Shown: positions 63,444-64,000 of the stretch, in pieces | Layout of the letters: every line of letters starts with the position of its first letter | How positions within the stretch are numbered: the stretch's first letter is position 1 | Source: Octopus bimaculoides | Taxonomy: Eukaryota | Assembly: GCF_001194135.2 (NCBI RefSeq) | Contig: NC_069003.1 | Location: 22,230,678-22,294,677, forward strand | Reading direction: 5' to 3' | Length of the DNA stretch: 64,000 nt | Made by a program: the position numbers and the translations under genes | The notes under the pieces: generated by a model | Seen by the model: only the letters and a program-made list of their open reading frames with translations | Databases searched by the model: none | Told to the model about the DNA's origin: nothing

Positions 63444-64000
63444 GTAAGGTACATTGTCTTGTTGTATTAACCCCATCCTCCTTCCTCCCCTACCCAGAAC
63501 CTTCAAAAGAAAGTTTGCCAAGCAAAGCAATAAAGACAAAACTTATTTCTAGTTCCTAGGCTCAGGAGTGGGTTGGGGGGGGGGGTCCTTAGTGGCTATA
63601 AGGTCCCTTCAAATATTCACTGGTTTCTCCTTGTTTCTCTAGACCCCAGATAAGTATTCTGGTTGTATCTCACCCCTTCTTGTAGCCCAGATTAGTCTTG
63701 ATTAAAGTCATTCCAAACACAACCAACTTGTTTCTCTTAGCATTGGTTCTTATTTCTAGCTCTCTGGATTGACCCTTTTGTTGCCATATTTCTGTTGAAA
63801 GACACTGCTTTTGTTTCAATTAATTTTGAAAATAATTCTGTGTAACACAGTTTTTCTCCTTGAGTAACAACTGTAATTTCCTATTTGCTTACCCCTAGTA
63901 AGTGTGAAAAATGGTTAATATTTCCTTCAAATTTTTCTTTTTGTTACATTTATTCAAATTCCCTCTCAACACATGGCTGTGATGTCCCCCAGTACTCTTG

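Overview
AT-rich, microsatellite- and SINE-dense eukaryotic DNA from a gapped draft assembly. The repeat families resemble those of octopus/coleoid cephalopods (inference). I assembled two intron-rich genes by hand; they sit head-to-head and both run off the window. DDX54 (DEAD-box helicase, DBP10 orthologue) is on the minus strand: 11 exons, ATG at 20547, 436 codons recovered, covering the Q motif and motifs I-VI. RNGTT (mRNA capping enzyme) is on the plus strand: 12 coding exons, ATG at 41980, 376 codons recovered, with the [10 protein letters not shown] triphosphatase loop and the KADG guanylyltransferase motif. All introns are GT-AG with consistent phases. Most of the rest is repetitive: several tRNA-derived SINE families (some with clear TSDs), decayed RTE LINEs, Penelope-like termini, hAT and Tc1/mariner MITEs, a mariner transposase relic, TTAA-bounded elements, minisatellites and N gaps. 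Nearly all ORFs in the supplied track are artefacts of repeats or gaps. I found no clearly novel multi-gene system. The best leads are hammerhead-ribozyme-like cores in Penelope-like ends, a PHD-finger pattern inside an RTE ORF, head-to-tail TTAA-bounded arrays, a CpG-rich intronic island with a microexon or internal-promoter signature in DDX54, candidate poison or truncating RNGTT isoforms, and inverted repeat pairs that bracket exons.
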